The translations under genes were made by a program, and so were the position numbers. DNA of 64,000 bases from a virus. This document shows, one piece after another, positions 24,568 through 35,519 of this stretch (positions are counted from its first letter, which is position 1; the number at the start of each line of letters is the position of its first letter). The stretch covers positions 1-64,000 of the IMG/VR virus record IMGVR_UViG_3300046777_001715. One strand, 5' to 3'. Below the pieces are notes generated by a model that had not been told where the DNA came from, made no database searches, and saw only the letters and a program-made list of their open reading frames with translations.

Positions 24568-25109
24568 TAAAAGCAAACTTTAATGTTCACGGAGTTAAAG
24601 AAGCAATATTGTCTGTCAAAAACAGTACAGAAAAGGTTTATTTTTTTAACTCTGGAGATAAGGCCGATCTTGTAGGAGAGCCTCTTTCCTATTCTTCAAC
24701 CCAGTTTAATGTTTTTGGCATATACAATTCAAATATATTAAGCCTTTATAAAAATATTTTAGCCATTTTAAAGGAAGAATGCTTAAAGAATGAAATAAAT
24801 TTTAGCGGCTCCGAATACTATATCTCTTCAGATTATTTTCAAGAATTGGTAAACACCAGGGCCACATATGATTTTGGGGGAATTGGAATACCGTGCTTTA
24901 ATGGTATAATTTCTTTACAAGAAAAAGAAATTGTTGTATACTTAAATAAAGAAGAAAAAAAGCTTAATTGCGGGGACACGCTATTTTTTGAAGCGGGACA
25001 AGAAATAAGCTATAAAGAAGAAGAAGTAGAGTGCATATACTTTAATATTGCCCCAAGATTTATGATTGAAAGTCAGTACCCTTTTAAATGGATACCTATA
25101 GGAGCATAA
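24564..25109 (+). CDS. cupin/DSBH-like hypothetical protein
   Basis: GDTLFFEAG...YFNIAP pattern. Confidence 0.55.
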   Translation: MIKANFNVHGVKEAILSVKNSTEKVYFFNSGDKADLVGEPLSYSSTQFNVFGIYNSNILSLYKNILAILKEECLKNEINFSGSEYYISSDYFQELVNTRATYDFGGIGIPCFNGIISLQEKEIVVYLNKEEKKLNCGDTLFFEAGQEISYKEEEVECIYFNIAPRFMIESQYPFKWIPIGA

Positions 25110-25745
25110 ATGGCGCTAGAAGACGTTGTAGTTATATATAACTTCATTGATGAAGAAGAAAGATCAATGCTTTTGGAATACGAAAAAAATTTAACCAAAA
25201 ACGATCTTTGGGAAAAAAGAAATTATTCTGATCCACAAAATCAGTGGACAAATAGACACCTTTCAATCATTCATTTGCTTATACCAGAGCTTGGATTTGG
25301 AACAGAATATGACATTATGATAGCTAAAAAGCTTTGGGAGATAGAAGGAAGAATTAGAAAGCAAATTAAAGAATCTTGGAATTTAGATAAAGACATCTGG
25401 CCAGATTGCTTTAATTTAATTCGTTGGCCACATGGTCAAGCTCAACCACCACATTCTGATTATGAAAATTTCTCAAGAGAACCACATGTTTGGAATTGGA
25501 GAGACATAGGGTGTGTGCTTTATTTAAACGACGAGTTTGAAGAAGGCGAAATACGATTCCCGCAGTTTGACCGTGAAATAAAAATTAAAGCAGGTATGCT
25601 AGCATTTTTCCCAGGAGATATTCATCATGCTCATGGAGTTAAAGAAGTAAAAAATGGTACTAGATATACTTTAAATACATTTTACACTTTTTCAGAAGAC
25701 CATAAGTTTGAAGTAGATTTTAATAGAAATTACGGTGCTTGGTAA
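25110..25745 (+). CDS. prolyl 4-hydroxylase-like 2OG-Fe(II) oxygenase
   Basis: HSD, LYLND.FE.GE..F, HGV..V..G.RY. Confidence 0.88.
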   Translation: MALEDVVVIYNFIDEEERSMLLEYEKNLTKNDLWEKRNYSDPQNQWTNRHLSIIHLLIPELGFGTEYDIMIAKKLWEIEGRIRKQIKESWNLDKDIWPDCFNLIRWPHGQAQPPHSDYENFSREPHVWNWRDIGCVLYLNDEFEEGEIRFPQFDREIKIKAGMLAFFPGDIHHAHGVKEVKNGTRYTLNTFYTFSEDHKFEVDFNRNYGAW

Positions 25746-26137
25746 TGGCTCATGATATAAGGGTTGAAACAAAAAGATGGCAAATAAGAAAAGTAGTAAA
25801 CCTTGGCAATCTTTACTTAAGAGTAAATACAATTATCAATGCTGCACAAAGATATGAAACTGCTGTTTTTCAAACTGATGACACTGGAAGAATGAGAGAC
25901 TTAGGATTTAAATACTATAAAAAACATGAGTCTATGCAAGAAGCAATAGATTTTAATAAGTATTTTTGTGAAACCTTAAAGCTGCAAGATGTCTCTGGCC
26001 TAGAAGAAATTGATATCTATAAGAAGCTTGACGAGGTTTTTGCTGATTTTATATATTTAGATGGGCCAAGAACATGGATGATGCCACCTAAAAACCCTCC
26101 AAATGTGGCAATAGGACAAAAGCCAGAGGATATGTAG
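25745..26137 (+). CDS. hypothetical protein
   Basis: TAATG coupling. Confidence 0.65.
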   Translation: MAHDIRVETKRWQIRKVVNLGNLYLRVNTIINAAQRYETAVFQTDDTGRMRDLGFKYYKKHESMQEAIDFNKYFCETLKLQDVSGLEEIDIYKKLDEVFADFIYLDGPRTWMMPPKNPPNVAIGQKPEDM

Positions 26138-26166
26138 CCTAACTCTGTTATTGGTATAATTGTAAT

Positions 26167-28095
26167 ATGGAAACCTTATACCCCAATCAATTAGATGTCT
26201 TTATTCAGCCACTTGCAACCGATTCGGTACAAGCAGTTTCCCACTCTGCACAACACAGAAGGTTAAATGATGCAGTTTATCAAATTGAGTTAAAGCTTGG
26301 CATAAACAACTCAACAGATCCAGCCTCTATTGAAAACAGGCTAACAACTCTTAAAAATTTTGTAGATTTAACTAGCGCAAATTTAGGAAACCTAGAAGAT
26401 TCACTTGGGGATTATGTCCCGCTATCTTTGTATGAAGACGAAAAAGCTGCACCAGGAGGATTGGCAACCCTAGGCCTTGACGGAAAACTTCAAGCCTCTC
26501 AAATTCCAGCTTCAATTGCAGCAGACGCACAGTCTCGTGCAGATCAAGCACTGTCTGCAGCTGGAACCTACACCGATGAAAAAATTGCAGATCTTTTAGA
26601 TTCAGCTCCAGCAGCTTTAGATACTTTAAATGAGCTAGCAGCAGCACTAGGTGACGATGCTAATTTTGCATCAACAATGACGACATCTTTGGCTGGAAAA
26701 TCAAATGTTGGACACACTCACCTTTCTTCAAATATAACTGATTTTATTGAGGCGGCACAAGATGCTTCAGCTTTACTATTTAATCACAGCAACCATAATA
26801 GCGTAACTGCTACATATGACGACGAGAACAATAAAATTATTTTAACTGTAAGTCCACAACTTACTCAAGAACAGGTTCAAGATTACATTGTTCCGCTTTT
26901 CCAAAGCGCTAACAACAAAAATATGAATATAATGTACGACGATGAGAATAATCAGCTTATCGTTGAAGCAATTACAGAGCCCTCAAAGGCTGTTATGTCT
27001 GACACCGCTCCAACAAACCCAGCACACGGAGCATTTTGGTTAGACACAGATGAATTTAGAAGCGGCGTTAGAGCCCTTAAAATTTATAACAAATATCCAG
27101 CTGCATATAAAGGGGACTACAATAATGGCGCATACTACGCACTAAATGATGTAGTTAGCATTCCAGCAGGAAGCCCATATGGAATAGTTGGATCATATTT
27201 TATAAGATCTGGTAATCCAGGAAATCCAGGATATCCTCCAGAGCCAGGCGGAGCAACAAATGCTTCATGGACACTCTACTCATTTGCTGGAAGTTGGGAA
27301 TACGCATCAACTGCACTAGGATTAGCAACAGAAAATGTTTGGACAGCAAAAAATACATTTAACCAAGGCGTAATTATTGGAATGGATGTTGCTCCAACAA
27401 ATCCAGTAGAAGGACAAATCTACTATAACCTTGCAGCAGAAAAGCTAAGAGTGTTTGATGGTTTAGTTTGGAAAGATGTTTCAGGAGGAGCAGGCGGAGG
27501 TGGCGGACTTCCAAGTATTTCTACGGATGGATCTGCTACACCAGCAACACTTTTCTTTGGAATGATTGCTCCGCCTTCTGCAGCCGCATTAGAAGGAGAT
27601 ATTTGGTTTGATGTTGATGACCTTGGAGCACCTTATGGACAATTCTACACTGGCCTAACCGCACCAGACCCAGACCAATATGAATTTTGGGTGGATCCAA
27701 GTTTAGCTCCTGGAGAATTAATTTACTCTGCAGATGAACCAACAACTCCACAATATACTGGAGAACTTTGGATTGATACAGATGATTTAGATGGACAGCT
27801 TTTAGAGGTTGGGTCAAACACTCCAAATCCAAATAACGTCCAACTTTGGGTAGATATTAACGATCTTGATACGCCATCGTATTATACAAATTTGGTCTTT
27901 ACAAGCTATCCAAATTATTCAGCTTTTCCAGTAGCCTCATCAAAACCAGGCATGCTAGCAGTAGATTCTTCAACTGGATTAGTTTATATTTCAATTAATG
28001 GGGTGTGGGCATCACAACCAACTCAAGCAGAACAGAATAAAACTAAAATTCAATCACAAGGCACTCAGGCCTTAGTTTGGATGGGCTTTTTATAA
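26167..28095 (+). CDS. tail fibre/appendage protein with repeated W.D knob motifs
   Basis: APAALDTLNELAAALGDDANF; repeated P....G.LWxD; leaderless start. Confidence 0.75.
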   Translation: METLYPNQLDVFIQPLATDSVQAVSHSAQHRRLNDAVYQIELKLGINNSTDPASIENRLTTLKNFVDLTSANLGNLEDSLGDYVPLSLYEDEKAAPGGLATLGLDGKLQASQIPASIAADAQSRADQALSAAGTYTDEKIADLLDSAPAALDTLNELAAALGDDANFASTMTTSLAGKSNVGHTHLSSNITDFIEAAQDASALLFNHSNHNSVTATYDDENNKIILTVSPQLTQEQVQDYIVPLFQSANNKNMNIMYDDENNQLIVEAITEPSKAVMSDTAPTNPAHGAFWLDTDEFRSGVRALKIYNKYPAAYKGDYNNGAYYALNDVVSIPAGSPYGIVGSYFIRSGNPGNPGYPPEPGGATNASWTLYSFAGSWEYASTALGLATENVWTAKNTFNQGVIIGMDVAPTNPVEGQIYYNLAAEKLRVFDGLVWKDVSGGAGGGGGLPSISTDGSATPATLFFGMIAPPSAAALEGDIWFDVDDLGAPYGQFYTGLTAPDPDQYEFWVDPSLAPGELIYSADEPTTPQYTGELWIDTDDLDGQLLEVGSNTPNPNNVQLWVDINDLDTPSYYTNLVFTSYPNYSAFPVASSKPGMLAVDSSTGLVYISINGVWASQPTQAEQNKTKIQSQGTQALVWMGFL

Positions 28096-28128
28096 AAACT
28101 TTGGTATACTTTGTAAAGGAGTAAATAC

Positions 28129-28758
28129 ATGTCACTTAAAAGATGGGACGGCTCTTCTTGGGTTGTCGTAGCAGGTTCTAGACCAGGTCCACAAGGTCCG
28201 CAAGGTGCCCAGGGTCCAGCAGGTACACCTGCAACAATTTCTATCGGAACAGTAAATACTACCGCAGAAGGAACAAATGCAACAGTAACAAATACTGGAA
28301 CAGCTTCTGCAGCAATTTTAGCTTTTAATATTCCAAGAGGTGCGGTAGGAGCACAAGGTAATCAGGGTCCACAAGGTATTGCTGGACAAAGAGGAAGCAA
28401 GATCTACACAGGACTTAATGCTCCAACATCTTCTAATCCTGCACCTTCAAGTCTTTTAGGAAATGATCAATATTTAGCAACATCAACTGGAGCCTGGTAC
28501 ATTTATGATTCATCAGGTTCTGGGGCTTGGTCTCTACAGGGAAACATACAGGGACCACAAGGTTTGAAGGGTGATACAGGTGCCACTGGCCCAACTGGTC
28601 CTTCAGGTAACGTAGTGGCAAATGAACTATATGCAAAGACAGACGCTTTGCAAGTTGATGCACTACTTAATCTTGGAATATACTATCCAAAGTATACTTC
28701 AACATTAACACAATCACAGTTAAACAGTAGATTCGCTGCAAGCAGTTTCTTATTTTAG
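28129..28758 (+). CDS. collagen-like (Gly-X-Y) fibre protein
   Basis: GPQGPQGAQGPAG, GPQGLKGDTGATGPTGPSG. Confidence 0.85.
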   Translation: MSLKRWDGSSWVVVAGSRPGPQGPQGAQGPAGTPATISIGTVNTTAEGTNATVTNTGTASAAILAFNIPRGAVGAQGNQGPQGIAGQRGSKIYTGLNAPTSSNPAPSSLLGNDQYLATSTGAWYIYDSSGSGAWSLQGNIQGPQGLKGDTGATGPTGPSGNVVANELYAKTDALQVDALLNLGIYYPKYTSTLTQSQLNSRFAASSFLF

Positions 28759-28769
28759 GAGAATAAAAC

Positions 28770-31700
28770 ATGGCAAGAAGACAAATTGAAGAGACATACT
28801 ATACATTTAATCCAGTAACAAATACGATTACTGTACCTAGAGTTATTAAAGCAGAACGCCTTATGCTCATCACCAATGTCACAAAAAACACTGTCATTTA
28901 TAATTTCTCCGACCCAAATCTGGGCTATGTTTCTGTAACACCAGATAACTCTATTTCAAACAGACCTGGAACAACAATTGTCCTTGAATACAACTGCTCT
29001 TCTATGCTATCAACAGACAAGCTTGCAATTGTCTATGATGAAGTTGCAGAGACAGTTACATTTGAGCCAGCACTTTTAGATGCTGTTCAAAAGCTTCGTG
29101 TAGCACCACCGCAGTCTTTGATGGATACAGACTTTGAGTACGGTGTACAGCCATCAAAATGGGAAGCCCTTGTAACATGCAGCAATTACCCAACATTTTT
29201 CTCAAGAAATACAGGCGGAAACTCCTACGACATTATTAATATAGCAGGAAACGGAGCTTCACCAAGATCAACCGTTACAGTAACAACTGCTTCAAACCAT
29301 GGACTTGCAAATGGAGACGTAGTTTCAGTTCAAGAAACATCATCAGGTGCAACAGCAGATGGAACTTATCCAGTTACAATTGTTGACTCTACTACATTTA
29401 CATATCAGGCTAAGGGTGTTGTTCCAAACCAATCAATCAAAGATGGAAATATGACTGGTGTTTATGGTGGAGGAATCTACGACAATGCTCACATTGTTGG
29501 AGGAAACATTGGTGGATTTGGATCATGGTCTGCAATTTCAGATCAAGCATCATATTCAACAATTACTGTTACAACTCCAAGACCACATGGATTGCTTCCA
29601 GGAACACCAATTCTTGTTAATGATCTTACAAACCCAATTGGTGGAATTCAGTTTATCACAAACGTTTCTACACCAAATCAGTTTAAGTTCCAAATGGCTA
29701 CTCAGGCGGCAGTTACAAATCCAATTAATACAGTAAACGTTGGTTTATTTACAAGACCAGAAGGATATGTTGACCACCGACCATTTGACGGCGGAGTTAT
29801 TTTAACTACAGCAAACAACGTTTGCGGTGTACAGACAGTACGCCAAACACGCCGTTACTTTAGATATCAATCAGGTAAGTCAATCCAGTTCTCAACAGGC
29901 GCAATGTTGACACCAAATTATGACATAGATACAATTTATTGCGACAGCAATGCTGTTGGAATTACAAGAGTTGTTGTAACAACTCGCCAAGACCACGGGT
30001 TGCAGCCAGGCGCAACAATCAGACTTGAAAATGCAACAGTTACTGGGACATATAACCCTTGGAATGGAGATTTCCAGGTTACTGAAGTTTTAGGAACAAA
30101 CTCATTTAAGTATGAAATGTTGCTTAACCAAATTCTTCCTTCAACAGATCAGTTCCCAGGAGGAACAGATGTTAAGATTACTGTTGTTAAATGGAAAGGT
30201 GCAGCAACTCGCTGTGGACTATTTGATGACCAAAACGGATTCTATTTTGAATATGATGGAAAAGAGTTCCACTGTGTTCGTAGATTTACAAAGAAAGAGC
30301 TCTTTGGAAGAGTTAATGTTACACAGTATTCCAGCTATGTACAAGGAACTAACACAAGATTTAGAAAGCAGCTTACTGTAGGAGATCAAATTACAATTAG
30401 AGGAGCCCATTACAAGGTAAATCAAATTAATAACGATACAGAAATGTATATCTCTCCAGCTTATAAGGCTCAATCAGTTTCATCTGCTAGATACTTAAAG
30501 ATGGAAACTATTAAGGTTCCACAGTCACAATGGAATATTGACAAAATGGACGGAACAGGTCCATCAGGATATATTTTGAACCCAGCTCGTATGCAGATGG
30601 TCTACATTGACTACACATGGTACGGAGCAGGATTTATTAGATTTGGATTTAGAGGCTCAGACGGAAATATTTTCTATTGCCACAAGATGCCTAATAATAA
30701 TGCAAATACAGAGGCGTATATGCGTTCTGGAAACCTTCCAGCACGTTATGAGGCAGTAAATGAGCCAACAAAGTTTGCACGTCTTGTTGCAGGAGGAACA
30801 GCGATCAGTGGAGCAGACCTTCTGCCAACAGAAATTGCAATGTATGTTGACAATATTGATTTCTGGCCATCATCTGGACACTTGTTTATTAGAGATGCTC
30901 AAAATACCGAAATTGTTTCGTACTCATCTCTTGGGGCGTACAATCCAGTAGCTCGTGGATATCTTGTAAACATTGCAAGACGTCAACCTATGTCAATTAA
31001 TTATTCTGGAGCAATGGTTCAACTTACTGGAACTCAAGCAAATGTTGTATTCTCACCAGACGCAACAGTTCCAGGTGGAGCAGGAACAGCACAAGTTTCT
31101 GTAGCCCCAATTTCACAAGAATGTGCTCCAGTTATTTCACACTGGGGATCATCTGTGATTATGGACGGAAGATTTGATGATGATAAGGCTTATATCTTTA
31201 CCGCTGGTATGCAGAGATTTATGCAAATTACTGGTTCTGGTACATTTACAGCTAAAATTGCAGGAAGATCCGCAACAGGTGGGTTGGTAACATTAACAAC
31301 AGCTACAGCGCATAATATTCAGCCAGGATATGATGTTTCTATTTCTGGTGTAAATACAACAGCTTCAATTATTTCAGCAAACATTACAAACTTCAATACA
31401 GCAACTATTACAACTTCAGGTGCTCACAATTTATTGGCTGGACAGACAGTTACACTTACAAACGTAATTAGTGCTTCCAACACAATATTTAATGGAGTTA
31501 GAACAATTCTTACTGTACCAACAACAAACACATTTACATTCTCTAGACCAAATCCACAAAATGTTAGCTTTACTGGATTGGCTGGAACAGTAACAGAGTC
31601 TCAAACATTTAACGGAACATTCTCCGTTACAAATGTTACAACAAACACACTCATGTACAACATTTCAAACAATACTAGTTTCCCACAAGCAGTTGTTGCT

Positions 31701-32276
31701 TCTGGAACAGCCACACAATCATTTGGTTCTTCTTCAACACCACGTCCACTGGTATCAATTAGAATTGCGCCGTCTGTAGACAATGGTCTTGGAAGAAACT
31801 ATGGAATTCGTGAAATTGTTAACCATATGCAGCTTAACCTTTCATCAATTGGTATCTTGTCTTCAGGACAGTTCCTTATCCAGGGCTTCTTGAATCCAGC
31901 ATCAATTATTGGACCTTCAATTCCTAATGATTGGGAAACAACAAGAATTCCAGGAGGTTCTCTTGCACAGGTAATTTACCATGATGGAGGTGGAGTTCCA
32001 GGAAATACAATTACAAACCCTACAAACTCAGTTACAGGTGGTGACCAGGTGTTTGCGTTCTATACCGAAAACTCTGGTGGAGATAACCTTTCTGTAACAT
32101 CGTTTGATCTTTCAAAGGTACGAGATCTTGGAACATCTATTCTTTCTGGAAATGGTAGCACAACCGCTCCAGGATTCCCAAATGGTCCAGATATTCTTAC
32201 AATCGTAGCAACAAACCTTGGTGCTACAACAGGTAACATTTCTTGCCGCTTGTCATGGACAGAGGCTCAGGCTTAA
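28770..32276 (+). CDS. large virion structural protein with repeated T..HGL..G beta domains
   Basis: 1168 aa; DTDFEYG.Q..KWE; HWGSSVIMDG; 5 repeats. Confidence 0.75.
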   Translation: MARRQIEETYYTFNPVTNTITVPRVIKAERLMLITNVTKNTVIYNFSDPNLGYVSVTPDNSISNRPGTTIVLEYNCSSMLSTDKLAIVYDEVAETVTFEPALLDAVQKLRVAPPQSLMDTDFEYGVQPSKWEALVTCSNYPTFFSRNTGGNSYDIINIAGNGASPRSTVTVTTASNHGLANGDVVSVQETSSGATADGTYPVTIVDSTTFTYQAKGVVPNQSIKDGNMTGVYGGGIYDNAHIVGGNIGGFGSWSAISDQASYSTITVTTPRPHGLLPGTPILVNDLTNPIGGIQFITNVSTPNQFKFQMATQAAVTNPINTVNVGLFTRPEGYVDHRPFDGGVILTTANNVCGVQTVRQTRRYFRYQSGKSIQFSTGAMLTPNYDIDTIYCDSNAVGITRVVVTTRQDHGLQPGATIRLENATVTGTYNPWNGDFQVTEVLGTNSFKYEMLLNQILPSTDQFPGGTDVKITVVKWKGAATRCGLFDDQNGFYFEYDGKEFHCVRRFTKKELFGRVNVTQYSSYVQGTNTRFRKQLTVGDQITIRGAHYKVNQINNDTEMYISPAYKAQSVSSARYLKMETIKVPQSQWNIDKMDGTGPSGYILNPARMQMVYIDYTWYGAGFIRFGFRGSDGNIFYCHKMPNNNANTEAYMRSGNLPARYEAVNEPTKFARLVAGGTAISGADLLPTEIAMYVDNIDFWPSSGHLFIRDAQNTEIVSYSSLGAYNPVARGYLVNIARRQPMSINYSGAMVQLTGTQANVVFSPDATVPGGAGTAQVSVAPISQECAPVISHWGSSVIMDGRFDDDKAYIFTAGMQRFMQITGSGTFTAKIAGRSATGGLVTLTTATAHNIQPGYDVSISGVNTTASIISANITNFNTATITTSGAHNLLAGQTVTLTNVISASNTIFNGVRTILTVPTTNTFTFSRPNPQNVSFTGLAGTVTESQTFNGTFSVTNVTTNTLMYNISNNTSFPQAVVASGTATQSFGSSSTPRPLVSIRIAPSVDNGLGRNYGIREIVNHMQLNLSSIGILSSGQFLIQGFLNPASIIGPSIPNDWETTRIPGGSLAQVIYHDGGGVPGNTITNPTNSVTGGDQVFAFYTENSGGDNLSVTSFDLSKVRDLGTSILSGNGSTTAPGFPNGPDILTIVATNLGATTGNISCRLSWTEAQA

Positions 32277-32290
32277 AAAGGAGGGCATAA

Positions 32291-32962
32291 ATGCCTAATT
32301 ACTCTACATTATCTGATCAGATTAATGTATTTAAAGACAAGGTAGACGCCTTGTATGCAACTGGCACCCTAGATGCAAACTCGCTCCTACTTTTAGCAGA
32401 AGCTCTTGAGACACTATCCACAGCACTTGGTGTAAACGATGTTGTTGGAGCTACAGCAGAAGCAATAGCTCAATTAAATACAGCAAGAGATGCAGCTATT
32501 ACAGTTGTAAACGGTACAGCAAACGGTACAGCTGTTACAACTCTTCAGTCTGCATACGACACACTAAATGCTGCTTACAATAATCTGACTCCAAGAGTAA
32601 CTTCTCTTGAGTCTTCTATTAATTCGCAGCAATCAGCAATTGCCACAGCCTCAGCGCTTGCAGCTCTTGGTGGATGGAATGCTTGGATTTTGCACACAAG
32701 TGGAACAAGACAATTAGCAGTAAATGATAGAGTTCTTGTTATACCAGCAGCAAACATGACTCTTACTCTTCCACTTACTCCGTCTATTGGAAATGAAGTT
32801 AGAATTGTTGATGCAGCTGGAACTTCTGGAACAACAAACTTTACTATTGCAAGAAACGGAGAAAGAATTATGGGAACTGCTGAAAATATGACAGTTAACA
32901 CTAATTCTGCTAGACTTCATTTAGTTTATGTTGATTCAACAAGAGGGTGGAGGTTAGTATAA
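32291..32962 (+). CDS. virion fibre protein (coiled coil plus C-terminal trimer domain)
   Basis: TLTLP..P..G..V.IVD...GW end; N-terminus paralogous to 38757. Confidence 0.7.
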   Translation: MPNYSTLSDQINVFKDKVDALYATGTLDANSLLLLAEALETLSTALGVNDVVGATAEAIAQLNTARDAAITVVNGTANGTAVTTLQSAYDTLNAAYNNLTPRVTSLESSINSQQSAIATASALAALGGWNAWILHTSGTRQLAVNDRVLVIPAANMTLTLPLTPSIGNEVRIVDAAGTSGTTNFTIARNGERIMGTAENMTVNTNSARLHLVYVDSTRGWRLV

Positions 32963-33354
32963 TGGCACTTTATAGCGATGTTGTTAACGAGACAATGAAT
33001 TTTACAAATATTACAACAACTGGAGCAACTATATCTGGTTATAAAACTGGTAGAACTGATCTAGGAACAGTAAATGGTACTGTTGCTTTAAACCTAGCAT
33101 TGTCAAATGATTTTACAGCAACACTTAATGGAAATACAACTTTTAATATTACAAACACACCATCAACTGGAGTTGTTGGATTTTCTTTGCAGTTAGTGGG
33201 TGGAGGATCTTATACAGTATCCTTTACAAATGCTAAATACCCAGCAGCTACTGCACCAGCCTTAACTTCAGGCGGAATCGATGTAATAACATTTGTTACT
33301 TATGACAACGGTGCAAACTGGCGTGGAACTCTAGCAATGAAGGACTCAAGATAA
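32962..33354 (+). CDS. virion structural protein
   Basis: Paralogue of 40750; coupled. Confidence 0.7.
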   Translation: MALYSDVVNETMNFTNITTTGATISGYKTGRTDLGTVNGTVALNLALSNDFTATLNGNTTFNITNTPSTGVVGFSLQLVGGGSYTVSFTNAKYPAATAPALTSGGIDVITFVTYDNGANWRGTLAMKDSR

Positions 33355-33854
33355 TGTACGCACAAGTTATAGAAGAAGAAATCGTTCAAATTGTTGATGA
33401 GCAGTCTTTAAGAGAGCTTTATCCATCAACACATTTCCCATCACCAATTCTACAGGCACATCTAGAGGGCTTTGACAATTGGTATGTTGTGCAAGATGAT
33501 TTGTCTATCCCAGAGTATGATGCAAAAAATAAAAGAATTGAATTTACTCGTGAATGGAATGCGGGAGCAGTAGTAGGATCATATAAGGTATTAAATTTAA
33601 CAAAAGCAGAAAAAGACGCTCTAGTAGAGTCTAGATGGAATGAAGTAAAGTACCACAGAAATAACACAATTAATGCAACAGACTATTTGGTTCTTCCAGA
33701 TGTTTTTGCTTCATTCTCAGAATCAGATAAGGCAAAGATTGTTTCTTATCGTCAAGCACTAAGAGACCTTACAAATCAAGAAGACCCATTTAATATCTCA
33801 TGGCCGTCTCTTGGAATTGATTCTATTACAGTAAAATATAATGTGGAGATTTAA
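33354..33854 (+). CDS. tail fibre assembly chaperone
   Basis: RN..I..TD....D...YRQALRDL..Q..P..I.WP. Confidence 0.8.
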   Translation: MYAQVIEEEIVQIVDEQSLRELYPSTHFPSPILQAHLEGFDNWYVVQDDLSIPEYDAKNKRIEFTREWNAGAVVGSYKVLNLTKAEKDALVESRWNEVKYHRNNTINATDYLVLPDVFASFSESDKAKIVSYRQALRDLTNQEDPFNISWPSLGIDSITVKYNVEI

Positions 33855-34772
33855 ATGCCATTTCCACAAACTAGATATATGCGAGGCGGAGCAGGCCCAG
33901 TATCTTTTCTTTTAAGACAAGTCATTACAAAAGGATACGTTCTTGCTGGATATAGAAATAGCTCTCCTTGGACAAGCGTTAACGAAGTAACACATTCAAC
34001 TGATACAACTATAGATTTAGGAAGTCCTTTAAATAACTCTACTGCATATCCAGGTGGAATGTCAGACGACACATTTGCTTATGTTCTTAAAGCCAATAAT
34101 ACAGTCGGAGGATCAAGTTCACAAACTAATCGGTACAATATGAGAACAAATGTTTCAAATGTTGGACCGTCAGCTCCATATAACGTTGCAAATGCTGGAA
34201 CAATAATGCATCAAGAGCAATCATTTGCATACGGAAAACCAGCAGATGGATCAGCAGCAATTATGAAATTTAATTTTACAACACAGCAATGGATGAGCTC
34301 TATTGGTTCAGCCGCTGGTCCAAACTCAGACACAATGTCTGCTGTTTATCACGAGACAAAAGGTTTTCACTATGGAAACAACTCAGCGTTAAAATTTGTT
34401 TTTGCAACAGAATCTCAGTCTAGCTCTTCAGTATCTGGTGTTCATGGTCAGCAAAAAGGAATTTCTTCTAAGTTGACATATCTTTACGCTGGCAATGAAG
34501 GAGACTACGCTGGAGGCAACAACCTAAGAAGATGGAGCGTTGCTACAGAGACAAACGTAGGAAATGTTGGAAAGCCAATTACAAATTGTGGCGAAGAAGA
34601 TTTTGACATGGGGCAAGATCGTCAATTCATGCTTGGAAACTATAACGGAGAGCAAAATAATAGATCTTGGAGATTTAATTATGCTACAGACTCTGGTTTT
34701 GAAGGCAGCAGCACAATGCAGTCTAAGGGAGTTCCAGGCAGAAGCTCTGCCTACTCAGCACAACGTTCTTAA
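33855..34772 (+). CDS. beta-propeller/Kelch-like repeat protein
   Basis: Repeated GY..GY...F..TD units. Confidence 0.6.
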   Translation: MPFPQTRYMRGGAGPVSFLLRQVITKGYVLAGYRNSSPWTSVNEVTHSTDTTIDLGSPLNNSTAYPGGMSDDTFAYVLKANNTVGGSSSQTNRYNMRTNVSNVGPSAPYNVANAGTIMHQEQSFAYGKPADGSAAIMKFNFTTQQWMSSIGSAAGPNSDTMSAVYHETKGFHYGNNSALKFVFATESQSSSSVSGVHGQQKGISSKLTYLYAGNEGDYAGGNNLRRWSVATETNVGNVGKPITNCGEEDFDMGQDRQFMLGNYNGEQNNRSWRFNYATDSGFEGSSTMQSKGVPGRSSAYSAQRS

Positions 34773-34787
34773 TAGATAGGAAATAAA

Positions 34788-35519
34788 ATGAGATATATAA
34801 ACGATTTAACGTCGGATGTTTCTGGCTATACAAAATCACAAAAAGACATTCTTCTTTACGCTACAAATAGACACTGGGGAGTTCCAGTATTTAAAATAGA
34901 TAACTTTGTCGGCGGGGCACAGTTCACACCATTTGGAAAGTTAAGACAGCTTCTGCTAGAGCTTGGTTCAAGAGAAAATATGATCTCAGATCAGGAGCTT
35001 AAAATAGAAAGAACAAAGCTAGAAATTGAATTAGAAAAAGAAAGAATTCAGCTTTCAAGCTCTCCTGTAGAAATAAAAATTCACGAACTTAATATTAAGG
35101 AAAAAGAAAGACTTCTATTAACTCAAAAAAATTCTGTTAGCTTGATATACGAAGAAAGAGATAAGTATATGATGTTAATAGATAAGTTTAATAATTCAGA
35201 AGAAGGCAAGCTTCCAGATGGCAGACTTATTATGGATATTATTGGAAACCATGAGGAAGAAGAAAGGCTAGAGGCAGAACTTTGGGGCATTAGACTTGGT
35301 GCACAAGCGGCATACGATTTAATGTTTTACGGAAGAGTTAATGGCGGAAACATGGAGGCAATTGATCAACTTCCAAAAGAAGTAAGAGAGATAGCTTTGG
35401 AGCATGCTGTATTTAAAGCAATTGAAACAAATAAGCAGCTAGACTCCCTACAGATAGAGGTTAAGAAAAGGCTGGAGCTTGCAGATTCAGAAACAAACTT
35501 GTGGGAAGAGCTTGAGTGA
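34788..35519 (+). CDS. coiled-coil hypothetical protein
   Basis: FV...QFTPF..LRQ..LEL; GR...GNM.AI. Confidence 0.75.
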   Translation: MRYINDLTSDVSGYTKSQKDILLYATNRHWGVPVFKIDNFVGGAQFTPFGKLRQLLLELGSRENMISDQELKIERTKLEIELEKERIQLSSSPVEIKIHELNIKEKERLLLTQKNSVSLIYEERDKYMMLIDKFNNSEEGKLPDGRLIMDIIGNHEEEERLEAELWGIRLGAQAAYDLMFYGRVNGGNMEAIDQLPKEVREIALEHAVFKAIETNKQLDSLQIEVKKRLELADSETNLWEELE

